DNA of 64,000 nt. Origin: Azolla caroliniana (Eukaryota; Plantae; Polypodiophyta). The notes beneath the pieces are model-generated. The model did not search any database, was not told the origin of the DNA, and saw only the letters and a program-made list of their open reading frames with translations. Where the stretch lies: assembly GCA_043228905.1 (NCBI GenBank), contig JBHGNT010000002.1, forward strand, positions 21,452,001 through 21,516,000, read 5' to 3'. This document shows, in pieces, positions 49,601-62,797 of the stretch; within the stretch, counting starts at the first letter, position 1, and each line of letters begins with the position of its first letter. The position numbers and the translations under genes are program-made.

Positions 49601-52600
49601 ATAATTGTGGTATACTCTTACAACATTTTGATCACTATCAATATGTGGCTATGCCCATTAGCCTCTTTAATAAACAAACATGCATCATGTGGTATTTCTA
49701 TGGTCAATGTTGTATGCATTCTTGTATTGTGCATATAAACCTACACATATAAATTTCCATCTCTTTATCAATGAATTTATTGATTATATCTTCATTTTTT
49801 ATCTCGAGTTTTCTATGTGCTTACGTAAAGAGTATTAATTTATTGTATCTTCCTTTTGGTTGGATATAAACTTACTTTGGTTGGAGTTTAAACATTTTCA
49901 TTATTTTTGCATTTGGTAATATTGCCGTTTACCTCTTCGCAATCAATCAATGAGGGGTTTTTCATTATTGTGTTCCACAAGGTTAAACATTTTGAATGAG
50001 CCTCACATTGGCCATCAATCTAAGGATTACATTGAAAACTAAGCATTCAAAGTCAACCTACACATGCACTGAAATATTAATACCCTACATTGAGAGTAAC
50101 ATCCTTCAATTGTGCCATATTTGTTTTCACATGTTTACTAATGTAGAGGTTCATTACATAAAGAGGAGATTTTTTGTATATGTGGCATTGTGTAAAACCT
50201 TTTTTGATAAAATCCACCTGTAGTAATCTAAACTAAAATAAAGTTCTTACTTGATTTGATTGTTTATTATCCCCTTTTAATTCTTGATTATACCTAGTGT
50301 AACTGAGTGTGTGCTATAGATGATTAGACAAATTATGTGTATAGACTTCGCATGGATTATCATTGACATGAAGGTAAATGGTTGGTGAAATGGTGGGATG
50401 TATTGGTGAGGCAACCCTAACGGTCCTTACAATGTTTTTGGGTAGTCTAACAAGTGAATTGGTTTATCATAATTGTAATGACATTGACATTGGAAAAGTT
50501 ATAGTAGAAAACTTTGTTTCCCTCTCGAGGACAATGTTTTGAATTGCCTCATCAAGCCCTCTTTGGGATACCTTTTATGAGTAAAGAATTCATGCTTATT
50601 TTGTCTCACCATGATTAATCCTAGGTTGTTTTCGTCCACTATTAAATGTTTCAACTTTGGTCGTGTAATATTAACTCCATGTTTCTATATACAATAATGG
50701 CTTATCATTTTTGTCTTTGTTGTGTTGTATGAAGATGCTTCTTTTAGCAATGTATTTTATGGAGCAAATACTTCTAGCTTTAAACAAATTTAGGAGCAAT
50801 GCATTGAAATTTTGATGCAAAGAAATGTATGTGAATTATTTGATTCCAAGGAGTGTGACAATGTAACACAAGTTAGAATTTAATCTCGTTTGTGTTCATG
50901 TATTAATAACAAGCTTTATAAGTTGTGTTTTCTCAAACTCATGAAAAATAATGTCTTGGAATTTCAACTACTTGACATTAATATTTATATGACCTGAATT
51001 TCGGATAAATAAGTTTTTGCTTAACTATGCTTTAATGTAATAGTTGTATTCATTTTTACAATAATTAAGCATGTTCATACATGATCAAAGGATGTTGATG
51101 GGGTCGTTGCCGATTTGACAATAACTAGTGAGCGGTTAAAACTAGTCGACTTTACACAACCATATGTACAATCGATCCTTAAAATGGTTGTGCCACTTGA
51201 AACTGTGCGTACCATCCGTTTTTGGATATTTTTATCCCCATTCTCTTTGGGACTCTGGAGTGCCATTGTCGTAATGTTCATTCTCACCATCCTTTCTATA
51301 TCCATCGTAGAGCGTTTCAGCCAAGGTAGTCAAACCAATGGAAATTGGAAAGATGTGCTCTCAAAATCCTTCTGGTAAGAATTCATTACCTTATCAAATT
51401 GCTTCCATTGAATAATAACTTTCATAAGACCATCTTACCTTAGAATTCCTATACTTTCAATTTCCCAAGAATCATGCATCTAGAGAAGTGCGTATATTTA
51501 TATTAAATGTCGTAAATAAGAATGTTTTAGAATTGGATGAAAATCATCAAGGCTAAAGCTCTTTTGGTAACGGATACAAAGTGACACTTCTCAAAGGGCT
51601 AGTACTCAGTCTCATATGTTGAGAGTACATATGAGAGTGAGTCTCTTAGTGAATGACGCTCTGAAATATTCGACTACATGTAAACAACAAGCAAGTAGGT
51701 ATTATCTATAGACTCGGCACGACAACGACAATGTGGGCTCAAGTAGCTATACCATGCACATTTAGTCGATCTAAAAAATCGATGAGTAAGTGTTTTGTAG
51801 CTAGAGTGAAAGATCAAATTCCTCATCATTAAAGGGCAACTCATTTGACACCTCTCAGACACAAAGGCAAAAGGCCAGACTGCAAAAGAAAAAATTGAAA
51901 CAACTACACACCAAGCGAAGCATGGTTGAAGAAGTCGACTCAATAGGAACTAGCATCCATAAATAACACTTCCTTCCTCTCCATGACCTCCATAGTCATG
52001 CCAGAGTTTATTAGTTCCTTTAAGTCAGATGTACACTAAAATGATCTCTTTAAAATTCAAAATCATCTAATTACTCTGAGTTTTTGCATTGATATTTCTA
52101 AACACATAATGAATTTCTAAATTTAATTCCTTCGAATCTTTTCATTGCCCATGTACAGGTTTACATCCATGGCACTCTTCTTTTCCCATAGTAAGTAACC
52201 ATTCTAAAAATGCATGGAAGAACATATATCCTCTAAAATTTAAGGAAGCCCAACACAATTTATAATTTACAATTAACATTAAAACAAAATGAACTTCTTT
52301 TGGTAGGGGAGGAGGAAACAACACTTTTAGCTAAATCAGTGAGGCTCTTCTGGCTTGTTGCTGTGCTCATATTTACATCAAGCTATACTGCTAGCTTGTC
52401 ATCTATACTAATAGAACAACAACAACAACAACAAAGTCCAACCATTAGAAACTTTGCAGACCTAAAAAGAAGTAAAGTCTCCATAGGATGCCAAAAAGGC
52501 TCCTTCACATTCAGTTACCTTCAAAATACCCTCTTCATTCCTTCAAATAGACTAGTGAATTTGGTTACGGAGGAAGATTATGATAATGCATTGAAGTCTG

Positions 52601-53301
52601 GTAATTTGTCGGCAATTATCGATGAATCACCATACTTGGAGACATTCCTTACCAGCACGGGATGCAAATACAAGATTGTTGATTCAAACATTGGTTACTT
52701 TGGAGGCTTCTCTTTTGTAAGTATCTCTCATTTCCGCCTCTCCTTAAATTAAACAATCCTTGATATGTTGATTATACATGAGACAATCAACTTGCATAAC
52801 ATGGTTTTGCCATAGGAGTTCATGGTGAGGTTTAAATATATCAATTGTTATTAATACGTTTGATTAATCTATGATTATTCAATCATGTTAACTAGTTGAA
52901 GTCCCTTCATACATAAGTAGGTTTATCTACCACTACAACAACATAATTAACTAGCCTTATCACAAAAAGGAACTATATGCATGCATTAAAAACATACACT
53001 TAAACTAATTGAATTTGGGGATTTGGACCCACTTGTCTTGCAGGCATTTCAAAAGAACTCATCTTTAACCAATGATATGTCGATTTCTATTCTATCTCTA
53101 GAAGAAAGTGGACGCCTTCAAGAGCTCAAGGATAAATGGCTTGGTGTAGGAGATTGTGGAACAAGGTCTTCTAGCACCGTTATGTTATTTGAGAGCTATG
53201 CGGGTTTAGGTTTTATCATAGTTGGAGTTTATATTGTGTGCATATTGTTAAGTTTTATATATTATCGACGCAAAATAAATCCTTATCAACAAGATTCTTG
53301 A
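46683..53301 (+). CDS. GLR: Glutamate receptor-like ion channel without ATD, ~433 aa; exons 46683-47000, 51091-51374, 52159-52190, 52307-52716, 53044-53301
   Basis: Signal peptide, S1 LKILVP..FSGFAIDVF..DGVVADLTITSERLKLVDFTQPY, M1, pore WFTSMALFFSHRE, M3 SYTASLSSIL, S2 SAIIDESPY..GGFSF|AFQKNS, M4; GT-AG introns, exons sum to 1302 nt in frame. Confidence 0.9.
47900..48925 (+). repeat. Diverged ~600-bp direct duplication in GLR intron 1
   Basis: AAGATAAACAATATAG at ~47900 and ~48501; GTGAGCCTTTGATATATTTGGATAACATC at ~48049 and ~48589. Confidence 0.75.
48927..49294 (+). repeat. 183-bp tandem duplication in GLR intron 1
   Basis: CCTTATAACCTT-AATAACGTCAATCTTAG at 48927 and 49110. Confidence 0.9.
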
Positions 53302-54029
53302 TTTATAGCCTATATTTCCAGCCCTAAATAAAAGCATGCATTCAATAAACGTATATGTATTCATCATCATTATTACATAATTGTAATCTATGAATAAATT
53401 TCTAAATTCTTACTATATTTTTATGTCAAAACTTCTATGGCATTTATTATTTACCTATAGTAGGGGATTTGTATGATAAGATGTTTTTCTCAAACATAGT
53501 GGAAAAACACTTGTTGCATTGTTATTTATTAACAAGATTAGATATTCTGTCTCTCATAACTGATAGGAAAGTAGCTTTGTTTTTTGGAAAAAAAGACTAC
53601 ATATTATCTTATACTGTAGAAATGATTAGATATTAACATGAATGATTAAGTTTTCTCTATAAATAGTGACAATAAAGTACTAGGTGAACAAGGAATTGGA
53701 TACAGAAAAGTTATTATTAGAAGTGTCTTCATATGTAGGAGTAATGAATAAGGAAGTGAGCGTACAAGTACTCAGGAAAGTAACGAAGGAGGAAGGGAAT
53801 GTTCTTAGAGTTCGGCACACTCCACAACATTATTAGTTACATTGTGAAGCATTGTCAAAGTACAAAATCAATATATCGACATCTTTGTAGATGAGTTTAG
53901 GAATGTGTCTATTTTCGTAGAGAAGTAACGGGGTGTAAAGACGAACCATCACGTTAACGACACCATATTTGGTTGCAATTTTTCTAAAGGTAATCCTACA
54001 CATCAATGTCAAATTTAGGAATAGTTGAT

Positions 54030-54760
54030 TTCCTATTGGGTCCATTTGCTTACTTGACACTTCTATTAGTCTGTTTAATAATTGTTGTGCATTTAAATAA
54101 TCAGTCTTGACTATATGTATTTATTTATATGCTTGCAGATATGTTGAAATCTCTAGAACACTAACAAAAGGTGTGCATCCTCATGTAGTGATACTAAAGT
54201 TACATCTCTAGAATAAAAAGAGGGTTTTTATTCTTTGCCTCAACCAAATAAATTTCAAGATCATAGAGACATAAAATAGTTCGGGAATAGTGGATTTCCT
54301 CTTGGGTCCATATGCTTACTTGACACTTTTATCAAGCAGTTTAATAATTGTTGTGTATTTAAATAGTTAGTCTTGAATTTTCTTACATTTATGCTTGCAG
54401 AAATGTGGAAATCTCTATAACACCAACAAAAGATGTGCATCCTCAGGCAATGATGTTAAAGTAGCATCTCTAGATTAAAAAGAGGGTTTTCAATCTAGAG
54501 ATGTTCATCCTCCTTTATTCGTCCCCATTGATGCGGTGATTATTAGCTTATTTTCTGTTCATTCCTTTGTATGTGTTGGTCTCTTTGTAGCCATGTAAGT
54601 TGGCCTGTAAGATATGAGTTGTTGCATATTATCCTATGTACATTGACCTAACTAATGGAAGTAGTAAAGTTTTGGGGGGGGGGAAAAGGAAAAAAGGAGG
54701 GTTTTTATTTTTTGCTTAAACCAAACAAATGTCAAGATCATAGAGACATAAAATATACAA
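54030..54760 (+). repeat. Diverged ~270-bp duplication; second copy interrupted by a short LINE 3' end (~54495-54695)
   Basis: GGGTCCAT..GCTTACTTGACAC twice; CCTAACTAATGG-AAGTAG + A/G tail like the L1 end at ~44610. Confidence 0.6.
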
Positions 54761-55389
54761 CTCACTACAAGAGAGACTAAGGTTATAATACAAATTTGAA
54801 GAGTTGATGCAAAGGTAAAACATTGCCTTAGTAGTAAATAATATACCTTAGATCATAAACAAGATATAGAAGTGATAAGAGCATCCTCTAGATTACTTCC
54901 TTCGATAAAAGGGGTTGGAGAGTGCATGATACGATACTTTGGCTAATTGGCCTTGCACCTCAATGTATGCCATTAAAAACAACCTCTAGTAGGAAATAAG
55001 GAAGAAAGGGTGTTGGACCACCAACCACCCATTCTGAAAGTGGGAGATAGATTACAATCCCTCATTGGCGTTCCATATTGCCAATTCTAATATGGAATGT
55101 ATATTGGGTTTGAAGGCAGAACACACATATGTAGCTAGAGCTTTGTCAAACTGTTAATGTCTTTATGCAATGAACCCCCCTTCATGAAGTAAGTTAGCCT
55201 TCTTATATAAGCTTAAACTTGAGGACCTTGTTTCTTTTACACTTGACAACTCTATGAGAAGTGGTCAATTGACAAATCACTCAAATTTTGTTTCTCACCG
55301 TTGCATTGAGAATAACTCTACTCTTGCCATTCATTCCTTATGAATTAACCCACACCTACAAAACTTAAGATTAGAGAATGATGCTTCAT

Positions 55390-55452
55390 TTTACCGTTAA
55401 ATCGCGGTTTAGTGGTTCGGTTCGGTTCAAACCGAACCGTTGCCGATTGTTA
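55390..55452 (-). mobile_element. One end of a hAT MITE of the 45507 family
   Basis: Reverse complement TAACAATCGGCAACGGTTCGGTTTGAACCGAACCGAAC matches 45507 onward. Confidence 0.65.
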
Positions 55453-55679
55453 TACACATGCTTATCTTAGCATACAAAAATCTATAAATAACATATGCAA
55501 GTAATCCATCTACACATATTTATGTAGGAATCTACTTACAAATTAGGTACAATTCTCATTTCATCTCCTACATGATGGGCATGCCATGAGATCAAATCCA
55601 CGGTCAAACAAAATACCAAAATACAGTTGGAAAAATATCCTTTGTAAATGCACCATGCATGGTTTTCAATGTGTGCATT

Positions 55680-56155
55680 TGTTGAGCGGCAAGCTCAACT
55701 GGAGCCGGACCGACTGAATAAGCCTGAGCCGGCAATTGAGACGCATCGGTAAGCTGTGAGCAACTGAGCCAACAAGCAACAAAGCTGGTGAGCTGGGGAG
55801 CCGGTTTGCCGGATCCAATCAGTAACCGGAAGCCTAGTACTAGTGTAGACTACTAGGCAATTATAGTCTCGTAGTAAGTGTCAGATGCTCGTGTGAGCAT
55901 TGAAGTACGCGGTACTTCTGTCAGTCCCACGAGGACTTGTATAAATAATGCTACTGAGCATAGTTGTAAGTACATAGTGTTTTATATATTTTTGAATATA
56001 GCTTTGAGGTTCTGCTCTCTCTGTCTCTCCCAGGTACTCTGTGTATTCCCTAATTTCTCTGTTTTTCTAACGCTTCCGCAAGTAATCGTTTACTACATTT
56101 TTAGTTGAATGAAGGTTTTTTTTGTTTTATTTTTGTGTGAAAGAAAATTTCTACA
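55680..56155 (+). repeat. Probable solo LTR
   Basis: Starts TGTTGAGCGGCAAGCTCAAC (like the 32920 end), TATAAATA ~55940, CT-rich tract; right end and TSD uncertain. Confidence 0.45.
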
Positions 56156-56881
56156 TGGTTGTAATTTGGCTGTTACTATGGAGAGGACTTCAATGTTCCA
56201 TTCGCATGATTGCAACAAATTGTGACAACCATTAATGCTTCCTTATATGATTCATAGGTTGTGAGCCTCTGCTACACGTTCATATTCTAGCCTAGAGAAT
56301 TGAGCTACTAGGAAGTTTTGGATTGTAGGATCATATATCACTGAACTAAACCCTAAAACTACTTATGTGTTTGTCACCTTACCTTTTTTCTCCAGCTTCA
56401 CAATGATTGTGCAAGCCTTTGGTGTGTTGAATGTACTCCCACATCGTTTTTGTTGCTTCTTGCTTGAGCAGGAATAGTTGATCGATTGGATTCCAGTTTA
56501 TCCTCCACCTAGCAAAGTTGGTTAGGAACTCCTTCGTAATTTAAGAAAAAATGTTTAATGCTTTGTTTGGTAGGGTCTAGAATTAAACTCCAACTTAGTC
56601 ATTGAGAATGAACCTAGAGGCAACTTGTGTGACATCAATGAGAGGTTCCTATGCCCACATGATTTGTTTAAAACACTACATGATTGTAGGCATCTCCGAA
56701 TCTTAGAAACCGCAAAACCAACTCCATGCTTTTGTAACTATCATTGATAGGTCATGTAATGGGAATTACTCTCAGCTTTTCCACTCCATTGGGAATAATA
56801 GCATTTGGATTCACTTCAAACCTATATAGTTGGCTTTGAATTGGGTAATATGGTGGGATTTGGAATCACATACATAGTTTG

Positions 56882-59800
56882 TATTAGAAATATTGAGAAT
56901 CGAGTAGATAGGTATATAGAGTTACAACTACAGAGATGGATATATGAAAACAGAATTTCTATTACATATGAGAGTAGTTCAAAATGGTAGTTTTCCCATG
57001 CGCTCACACCTTCGAGCTTAGATAGGATATGGACCGGCTCACTACAAAATTAGTGGGGACTCATGATCAATCTGACCACTGTGTGAGAAAAGTAACTTAT
57101 AATCTATGTTTGGTCTTAGTATAAATGTGCAAGTCAGTTGACAGTAGTGGAGATATTCCTTTTCTGTCAACTGACTTGTCATTTAATATGACCCAACTCC
57201 CTAGGTACAGGCTAGTGCTAGATAATACTTATCTTGAAGTCAATGACGCATACTTCAAGACTAAGTACATCGTAACTTGCCCACAAAATATTCTAGCTGA
57301 CTTGATTAGCCAATCCTTTTATCTATTTCTCTCTTTCCTAAATATATTGTGTCCTACGCATCTACGGTTTCCTAGATTAACACCTTATCGACCCATATGG
57401 TCGAGTTGCACACTAGCCGCTCCTCATTTGGGGCGCTATCACAAAATGTGCACTCTAAGAGCACATATGGGGATAGATTTACAACTTGGGGCTGATCATT
57501 GATTATATCTAACACGCCCCCTCAATGATCAACCCATTGAGTTCACTTGGAATTGGGCCAACACCTAGTCGTCGAAGGTGTTGTTGCAACTGTTCTGCTC
57601 CAAGCGCCTTTGTGAAGATATCTGCAGCATTTTCTGATGTTGGACAGTACTCAAGCTCCACAATCTCATAATTTATTAGCTCCCGCACATAGTGATACTG
57701 AATCTCTATGTGTTTAGTACGTGCATGAAATACGGGGTTCTTGGCAATGGCCATGCAACTCTGATTGTCACACCTCAATACCGTTGCCGTCCTTATTGGG
57801 ACTGCCACATCCATAAGGATTCTTCTTAGCCAAACTACCTCGCATGCCGCTATGCATGCTGCTTTGTATTCTGCCTCCGTTGAAGATAGTGCCACTGTTG
57901 GTTGTTTTTTACTACTCCATGAAACAGCTCCAGATCCTATTGAAAAACAATATCCAGAAACTGATTTTCTGGAATCACTATCTCCAGCCCAATCGGAGTC
58001 GCAATATCCACTAAGTTGGTCAATTGTTGGCTTGTAGAAGATTCCATAATTTAAAGTACCCACAATGTACTTTAATACACGTAGAGCAGCTTTCCAATGA
58101 GTCTCCTTCGGCTTGTTGCTGAATCGACTCACCACATTGACTGCAAAACAAATATCCGGCCTAGTGTTGCATAGGAAAATTAGACTTCCTACTAGTTGCC
58201 TATACTTCCTTATGTCAACCATTGGTGATGAGTCTTCTTGGGATAGCTTGCAGTTTGACTCCATTGGAGTCGACTTCGACTTGCTGTCCATCATCCCGAA
58301 GGTCTTCAAGATCTCTGTTGCATACTTTCTTTGTGACATGAAGATGCCGACCGAGGTTTGCCAAACCTCAATTCCAAGGAAGTAGTGTAGAATCCCCAAG
58401 TCTGTCATTTCAAACTCAGTTTTCAAACACTCTTGTGTTTGGCCAATGCACTCTTCATGGTCACCAGTAAGTACTAGATCATCCACGTAAATGATAATGA
58501 TGACTTGTTTCCCGTCCTTCATTTTGACATACATACTTGCATCCGAAGCACATTGCTTAAAGTCGATTGATCGTAAGAAGCTGTCTATCCTCTTGTTCCA
58601 AGCTCTTGGTGCTTGCTTTAGACCATATAGTGCCTTCTTCAGCTTGCAAACTTTGTTTTCTGAATTCGGTATCTCAAACCCCGGTGGTTGTGTCACATAT
58701 ACCTCCTCCTTGAGATGCCCATTCAGAAATGCTGATTTGACATCCATTTGATAAATCGGCCATCCTCTTGAAGCAGCCAACGCTATGACCATTCGAATTG
58801 TTGTCATGCGAGCTGTCGGGGCAAATGTTTCTTGTACATTGAACCCTTCAATTTGGGAGTATCCTTGCGCTACTAGCCTGGCCTTGAATTTCTCCAAAGA
58901 GCCATCAGCTTTATACTTTACTTTCCATACCCACTTCGTGCCTATCACCTTCTTCTTTGTTGGCCTCTCTACCAACTCCCATGTGTCATTTTTCATGATG
59001 CTATCATATTCTGATATCATCGCCTCTTTCCACTTCGGGTCGGCCATAGCTTCCTCCACCGAGGTCGGCTCACTCACTGAGCCTATGATGTCCACCATCA
59101 GAGCCATGTTGACAATGTGGTCAGAGGTTCTTCCTTGCTCCTGTATTCTTCTTGATCTTCGTAATCCATCAGTTGAAGTTTCAGGAAACTCAACTTTAGG
59201 AGTATGATCATTGAAGAGTTGTTGAGCCCACTTAGGTATTTTCTTTACATGTGGGACTGGCATAGGCTGAACTAGTGAACCATTACCATCAGATGGTTCA
59301 GCTTCCTTTTTTGGATAATGGGTCGGGATTGGGTAAAATACTTCTTCAGTTGATGAGATAACTTGAGAATCGTTGTTCTCAGCTAGCTGTGGTTGTTCCT
59401 CATCGAACACCACATCGCGGCTTGTCAATATCTTTCTTGCCTCTGGATCGTAGAGTCGATAGGCCTTTGACTCTTCACTATATCCGAGAAAGATACACTT
59501 TTTGCTTTTAGCATCCAACTTCTTTCTGCTCACATCTGGAATATGTGCGTAGCACATACACCCAAAGGTTCTGAAGTGCAGCACTGAAGGTTTCTTGCCT
59601 GAATAAGCTTCTTGGGGTGTTTTCCCTTGAAGTGCCTTCGTGTAGCTCCGATTGAGGATGTAAACTGCTGTGTTCACTGCTTCAGCCCAGAATGGGTCGG
59701 GCAGCGCTTGTGCCTTCAACATACACCTAGCCATCTCGACAACTGTTCGATTTCGACGTTCGACAACGCCATTTTGTTGTGGGGTGTAGGCAGTTGTAAG

Positions 59801-61609
59801 TTGGCGCTTAATTCCATGCTCTTTGCAATACTCACAGAATTCTATTGATAAGAATTCTCCACCTCGATCAGAGCGTAGCTCCTTCACTAACTTTCCAGAC
59901 TCTCGCTCGACAAACTTATGCCATCTTTTGAAGATTTTAAAAGCTTCAGCCTTCTCCCGAAGGAAGTAAACCCACATCTTTCTGCTGAAGTCGTCGACTA
60001 TTAGCATATAGTAGAGAGATCCACCCATTGCAGGAGTCACCATTTTTCCAGAGAGGTCAATGTGTATTAGCTGTAGAGGAGTCTTTGCCCGATTTTGACT
60101 CTCTTTTGGAATGGCTGATCTTTGATGCTTGCCCATCATACAAGCATCACAAACATGACTTAAGTCAGATAGGGTTGGCAACCCAACTACCATATTCGAC
60201 TTCTTCATCTCCTTCAACACAGCAACGTTGAGATGCCCAAATCTCTCATGCCATTGCTTTGTGTTGGTACTTGTGCTGTGGTCAGTAGAAATGGTAAACG
60301 CGCTCAGCTCATAGAGATTGTTGCGCCTCACCCCTATTCCTACAACCTTGCCAGCAGAATCTGTTATTTCTGCACCCGACTTCTTGAATCGAACATCAAG
60401 ACCCTTGTCAGTCAGTGCAGAAATGGACAGTAGATTCTTCTTCAGATCTGGCACGTACAACACTTGAGAGAGATGCTTTGTCCCACCGGTCGTTGCTTTG
60501 AGGGAGACGGTTCCGGTTCCTTTGGCCGGACATCGAGCATTGTTCCCGACCACAACATTGATGGGCTCTTGTAGAGGTGTCCAAGAACTGTACCAGTCAC
60601 GATTACTGGTCATATGTCGGGATGCTCCACTATCGAGAATCCAAGACTCATCAACAACTTGAGTGTCAACTGAAGAACACACTTCTTCAGTTGCGACCCA
60701 TAACTCAAGTTCATCTACGACATTGTTAGCGGACTCGGGCTCTCTCCAAGAAGTCTTATTAGAACCATTCTTCTCATCCGCCATCTTCTTTCGACAATCC
60801 TTGATTGTGTGACCCTTCTTGTCACAGTAGAAACACGATCCATTGAACTTCTTCTTCTTCGGTATCCTATTCGCATTGTTTGAATTGGATGCCCCTTCAC
60901 CCTTAGTCCTAGAGACAAATGCTGAATCTTCCCTTTCTTCTCTTGTCTTCAGCCGAAGCTCCTCTTCAAGCAGCATTGCACTTAGTTCATCAAATTTTAA
61001 AGGAGTGGGTCGAACCTGAGTGTTCAATGCTGTCACAATGCCATCATACTTGAAAGGAAGTACTCGAATGCACCGACGAGCCATATCCTCTTGAGAGACG
61101 ACTACTCCAACAGCCGCCAGCTGATCTTGAAGATCCTTAATCCTTTTTACAAAGGATTCTACTTTCTCTCCATCAGCGAGCTTCTCTGCAGCAAGCTGAT
61201 TTTCGAGGTTTTGTATCCTTGTATAGTTTCTGGTCTCATATTGGCTGGCCAATATGCTCCAAGCTTCATGTGCCCTAGTTGTATGTTGCACTAGTGTTAG
61301 TACGGAGTCACATACACCAGTGACTATGGTACATAGCGCATCAGCATTCCTTCTCTTCCAGGCTCGAAGTAGATCAGCATTTGGAGGAATTGATGTGGTA
61401 GGGTGTGCAGGGTCAAAGGTTGCCATGGGCTCAGGGTCTCCCCCTGTGGGTCCCATGATTGTTTCCAACAACTCGTAGGAATCCAAAATGGCAGACATTT
61501 TGAACTTCCATAGAGTGTAGTTGGTTCCATCTAGCTTTCCATCAGACAATGGAGGTGGGCGAATGCGCAATGGAGCAGCTGCAACATTCGTGGACAAGGC
61601 CATTGATAC

Positions 61610-61640
<31 letters not shown>

Positions 61641-62345
61641 ATTTCTCTCTGTTGCTAGACAGCAACTACCCGTATATACCTAATCTAGATCAACCTCTTC
61701 GCTCTGATACCATATTAGAAATATTGAGAATCGAGTAGATAGGTATATAGAGTTACAACTGCAGAGATGGATATATGAAAACAGAATTTCTATTACATAT
61801 GAGAGTAGTTCAAAATGGTAGTTTTCCCATGCGCTCACACCTTCGAGCTTAGATAGGATATGGACCGGCTCACTACAAAATTAGTGGGGACTCATGATCA
61901 ATCTGACCACTGTGTGAGAAAAGTAACTTATAATCTATGTTTGGTCTTAGTATAAATGTGCAAGTCAGTTGACAGTAGTGGAGATATTCCTTTTCTGTCA
62001 ACTGACTTGTCATTTAATATGACCCAACTCCCTAGGTACAGGCTAGTGCTAGATAATACTTATCTTGAAGTCAATGACGCATACTTCAAGACTAAGTACA
62101 TCGTAACTTGCCCACAAAATATTCTAGCTGACTTGATTAGCCAATCCTTTTATCTATTTCTCTCTTTCCTAAATATATTGTGTCCTACGCATCTACGGTT
62201 TCCTAGATTAACACCTTATCGACCCATATGGTCGAGTTGCACACTAGCCGCTCCTCATTTGGGGCGCTATCACAAAATGTGCACTCTAAGAGCACATATG
62301 GGGATAGATTTACAACTTGGGGCTGATCATTGATTATATCTAACA
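56882..62345 (-). mobile_element. Intact, very young Ty1/Copia retrotransposon
   Basis: 633-bp LTRs 56882-57514 and 61713-62345 (one difference seen by eye); PBS TGGTATCAGAGC 61701-61712; PPT GAGGGGGCG; TSD GTTTG 56877-56881/62346-62350. Confidence 0.97.
57509..61603 (-). CDS. Copia Gag-Pol polyprotein (1364 aa, uninterrupted)
   Basis: [82 protein letters not shown]. Confidence 0.97.
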   Translation of the reverse strand: MALSTNVAAAPLRIRPPPLSDGKLDGTNYTLWKFKMSAILDSYELLETIMGPTGGDPEPMATFDPAHPTTSIPPNADLLRAWKRRNADALCTIVTGVCDSVLTLVQHTTRAHEAWSILASQYETRNYTRIQNLENQLAAEKLADGEKVESFVKRIKDLQDQLAAVGVVVSQEDMARRCIRVLPFKYDGIVTALNTQVRPTPLKFDELSAMLLEEELRLKTREEREDSAFVSRTKGEGASNSNNANRIPKKKKFNGSCFYCDKKGHTIKDCRKKMADEKNGSNKTSWREPESANNVVDELELWVATEEVCSSVDTQVVDESWILDSGASRHMTSNRDWYSSWTPLQEPINVVVGNNARCPAKGTGTVSLKATTGGTKHLSQVLYVPDLKKNLLSISALTDKGLDVRFKKSGAEITDSAGKVVGIGVRRNNLYELSAFTISTDHSTSTNTKQWHERFGHLNVAVLKEMKKSNMVVGLPTLSDLSHVCDACMMGKHQRSAIPKESQNRAKTPLQLIHIDLSGKMVTPAMGGSLYYMLIVDDFSRKMWVYFLREKAEAFKIFKRWHKFVERESGKLVKELRSDRGGEFLSIEFCEYCKEHGIKRQLTTAYTPQQNGVVERRNRTVVEMARCMLKAQALPDPFWAEAVNTAVYILNRSYTKALQGKTPQEAYSGKKPSVLHFRTFGCMCYAHIPDVSRKKLDAKSKKCIFLGYSEESKAYRLYDPEARKILTSRDVVFDEEQPQLAENNDSQVISSTEEVFYPIPTHYPKKEAEPSDGNGSLVQPMPVPHVKKIPKWAQQLFNDHTPKVEFPETSTDGLRRSRRIQEQGRTSDHIVNMALMVDIIGSVSEPTSVEEAMADPKWKEAMISEYDSIMKNDTWELVERPTKKKVIGTKWVWKVKYKADGSLEKFKARLVAQGYSQIEGFNVQETFAPTARMTTIRMVIALAASRGWPIYQMDVKSAFLNGHLKEEVYVTQPPGFEIPNSENKVCKLKKALYGLKQAPRAWNKRIDSFLRSIDFKQCASDASMYVKMKDGKQVIIIIYVDDLVLTGDHEECIGQTQECLKTEFEMTDLGILHYFLGIEVWQTSVGIFMSQRKYATEILKTFGMMDSKSKSTPMESNCKLSQEDSSPMVDIRKYRQLVGSLIFLCNTRPDICFAVNVVSRFSNKPKETHWKAALRVLKYIVGTLNYGIFYKPTIDQLSGYCDSDWAGDSDSRKSVSGYCFSIGSGAVSWSSKKQPTVALSSTEAEYKAACIAACEVVWLRRILMDVAVPIRTATVLRCDNQSCMAIAKNPVFHARTKHIEIQYHYVRELINYEIVELEYCPTSENAADIFTKALGAEQLQQHLRRLGVGPIPSELNGLIIEGAC

Positions 62346-62652
62346 GTTTGACCCATAGTTTGTCTATAGGAAAGTTCCTCAACTAGCTCCCCATCAATAG
62401 GGGTTGATGAAGTGTTGCTTGGCCTATCAATCTGGGGGTCTAATTCATCTCTATTATGAGGGACTCATCTCTTTTTCCTATTTGTACTATTCTTTTCAAT
62501 AGTGCAACGTGTGCACTTATTGTTGGCATAAAAGGCTGATTCCTTTCACTTTGTATCCTAGTGTGAACATGTCTTGAAGTTAGGGCTTGAGTATATAAGC
62601 TCAACCATAACATTGTAAGAAGTAGCATCTCGATTTTCTGAGTGTAAGAGAG

Positions 62653-62655
<3 letters not shown>

Positions 62656-62708
<53 letters not shown>
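62656..62708 (+). repeat. (AG)n microsatellite
   Basis: ~26 AG units. Confidence 0.95.
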
Positions 62709-62713
<5 letters not shown>

Positions 62714-62797
62714 AAAGAATTTCCATTGAAGCTCCAAACTTGTGTGTCAATCCATTGTTTTCTTCTTTGTTGCATATTTATGTTGTTTGTTGTACGT

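Noticed and set aside
45507-55452. Composite hAT element carrying the GLR gene between inverted MITE ends
   Set aside because: The 45507 MITE has its own right end and TSD at 45987; the sequence after 55452 (TACACATG) does not match CATAGTAA
57125-62333. Identical 125-aa ORFs at 57125 and 61956 as duplicated genes
   Set aside because: They lie antisense within the two identical LTRs
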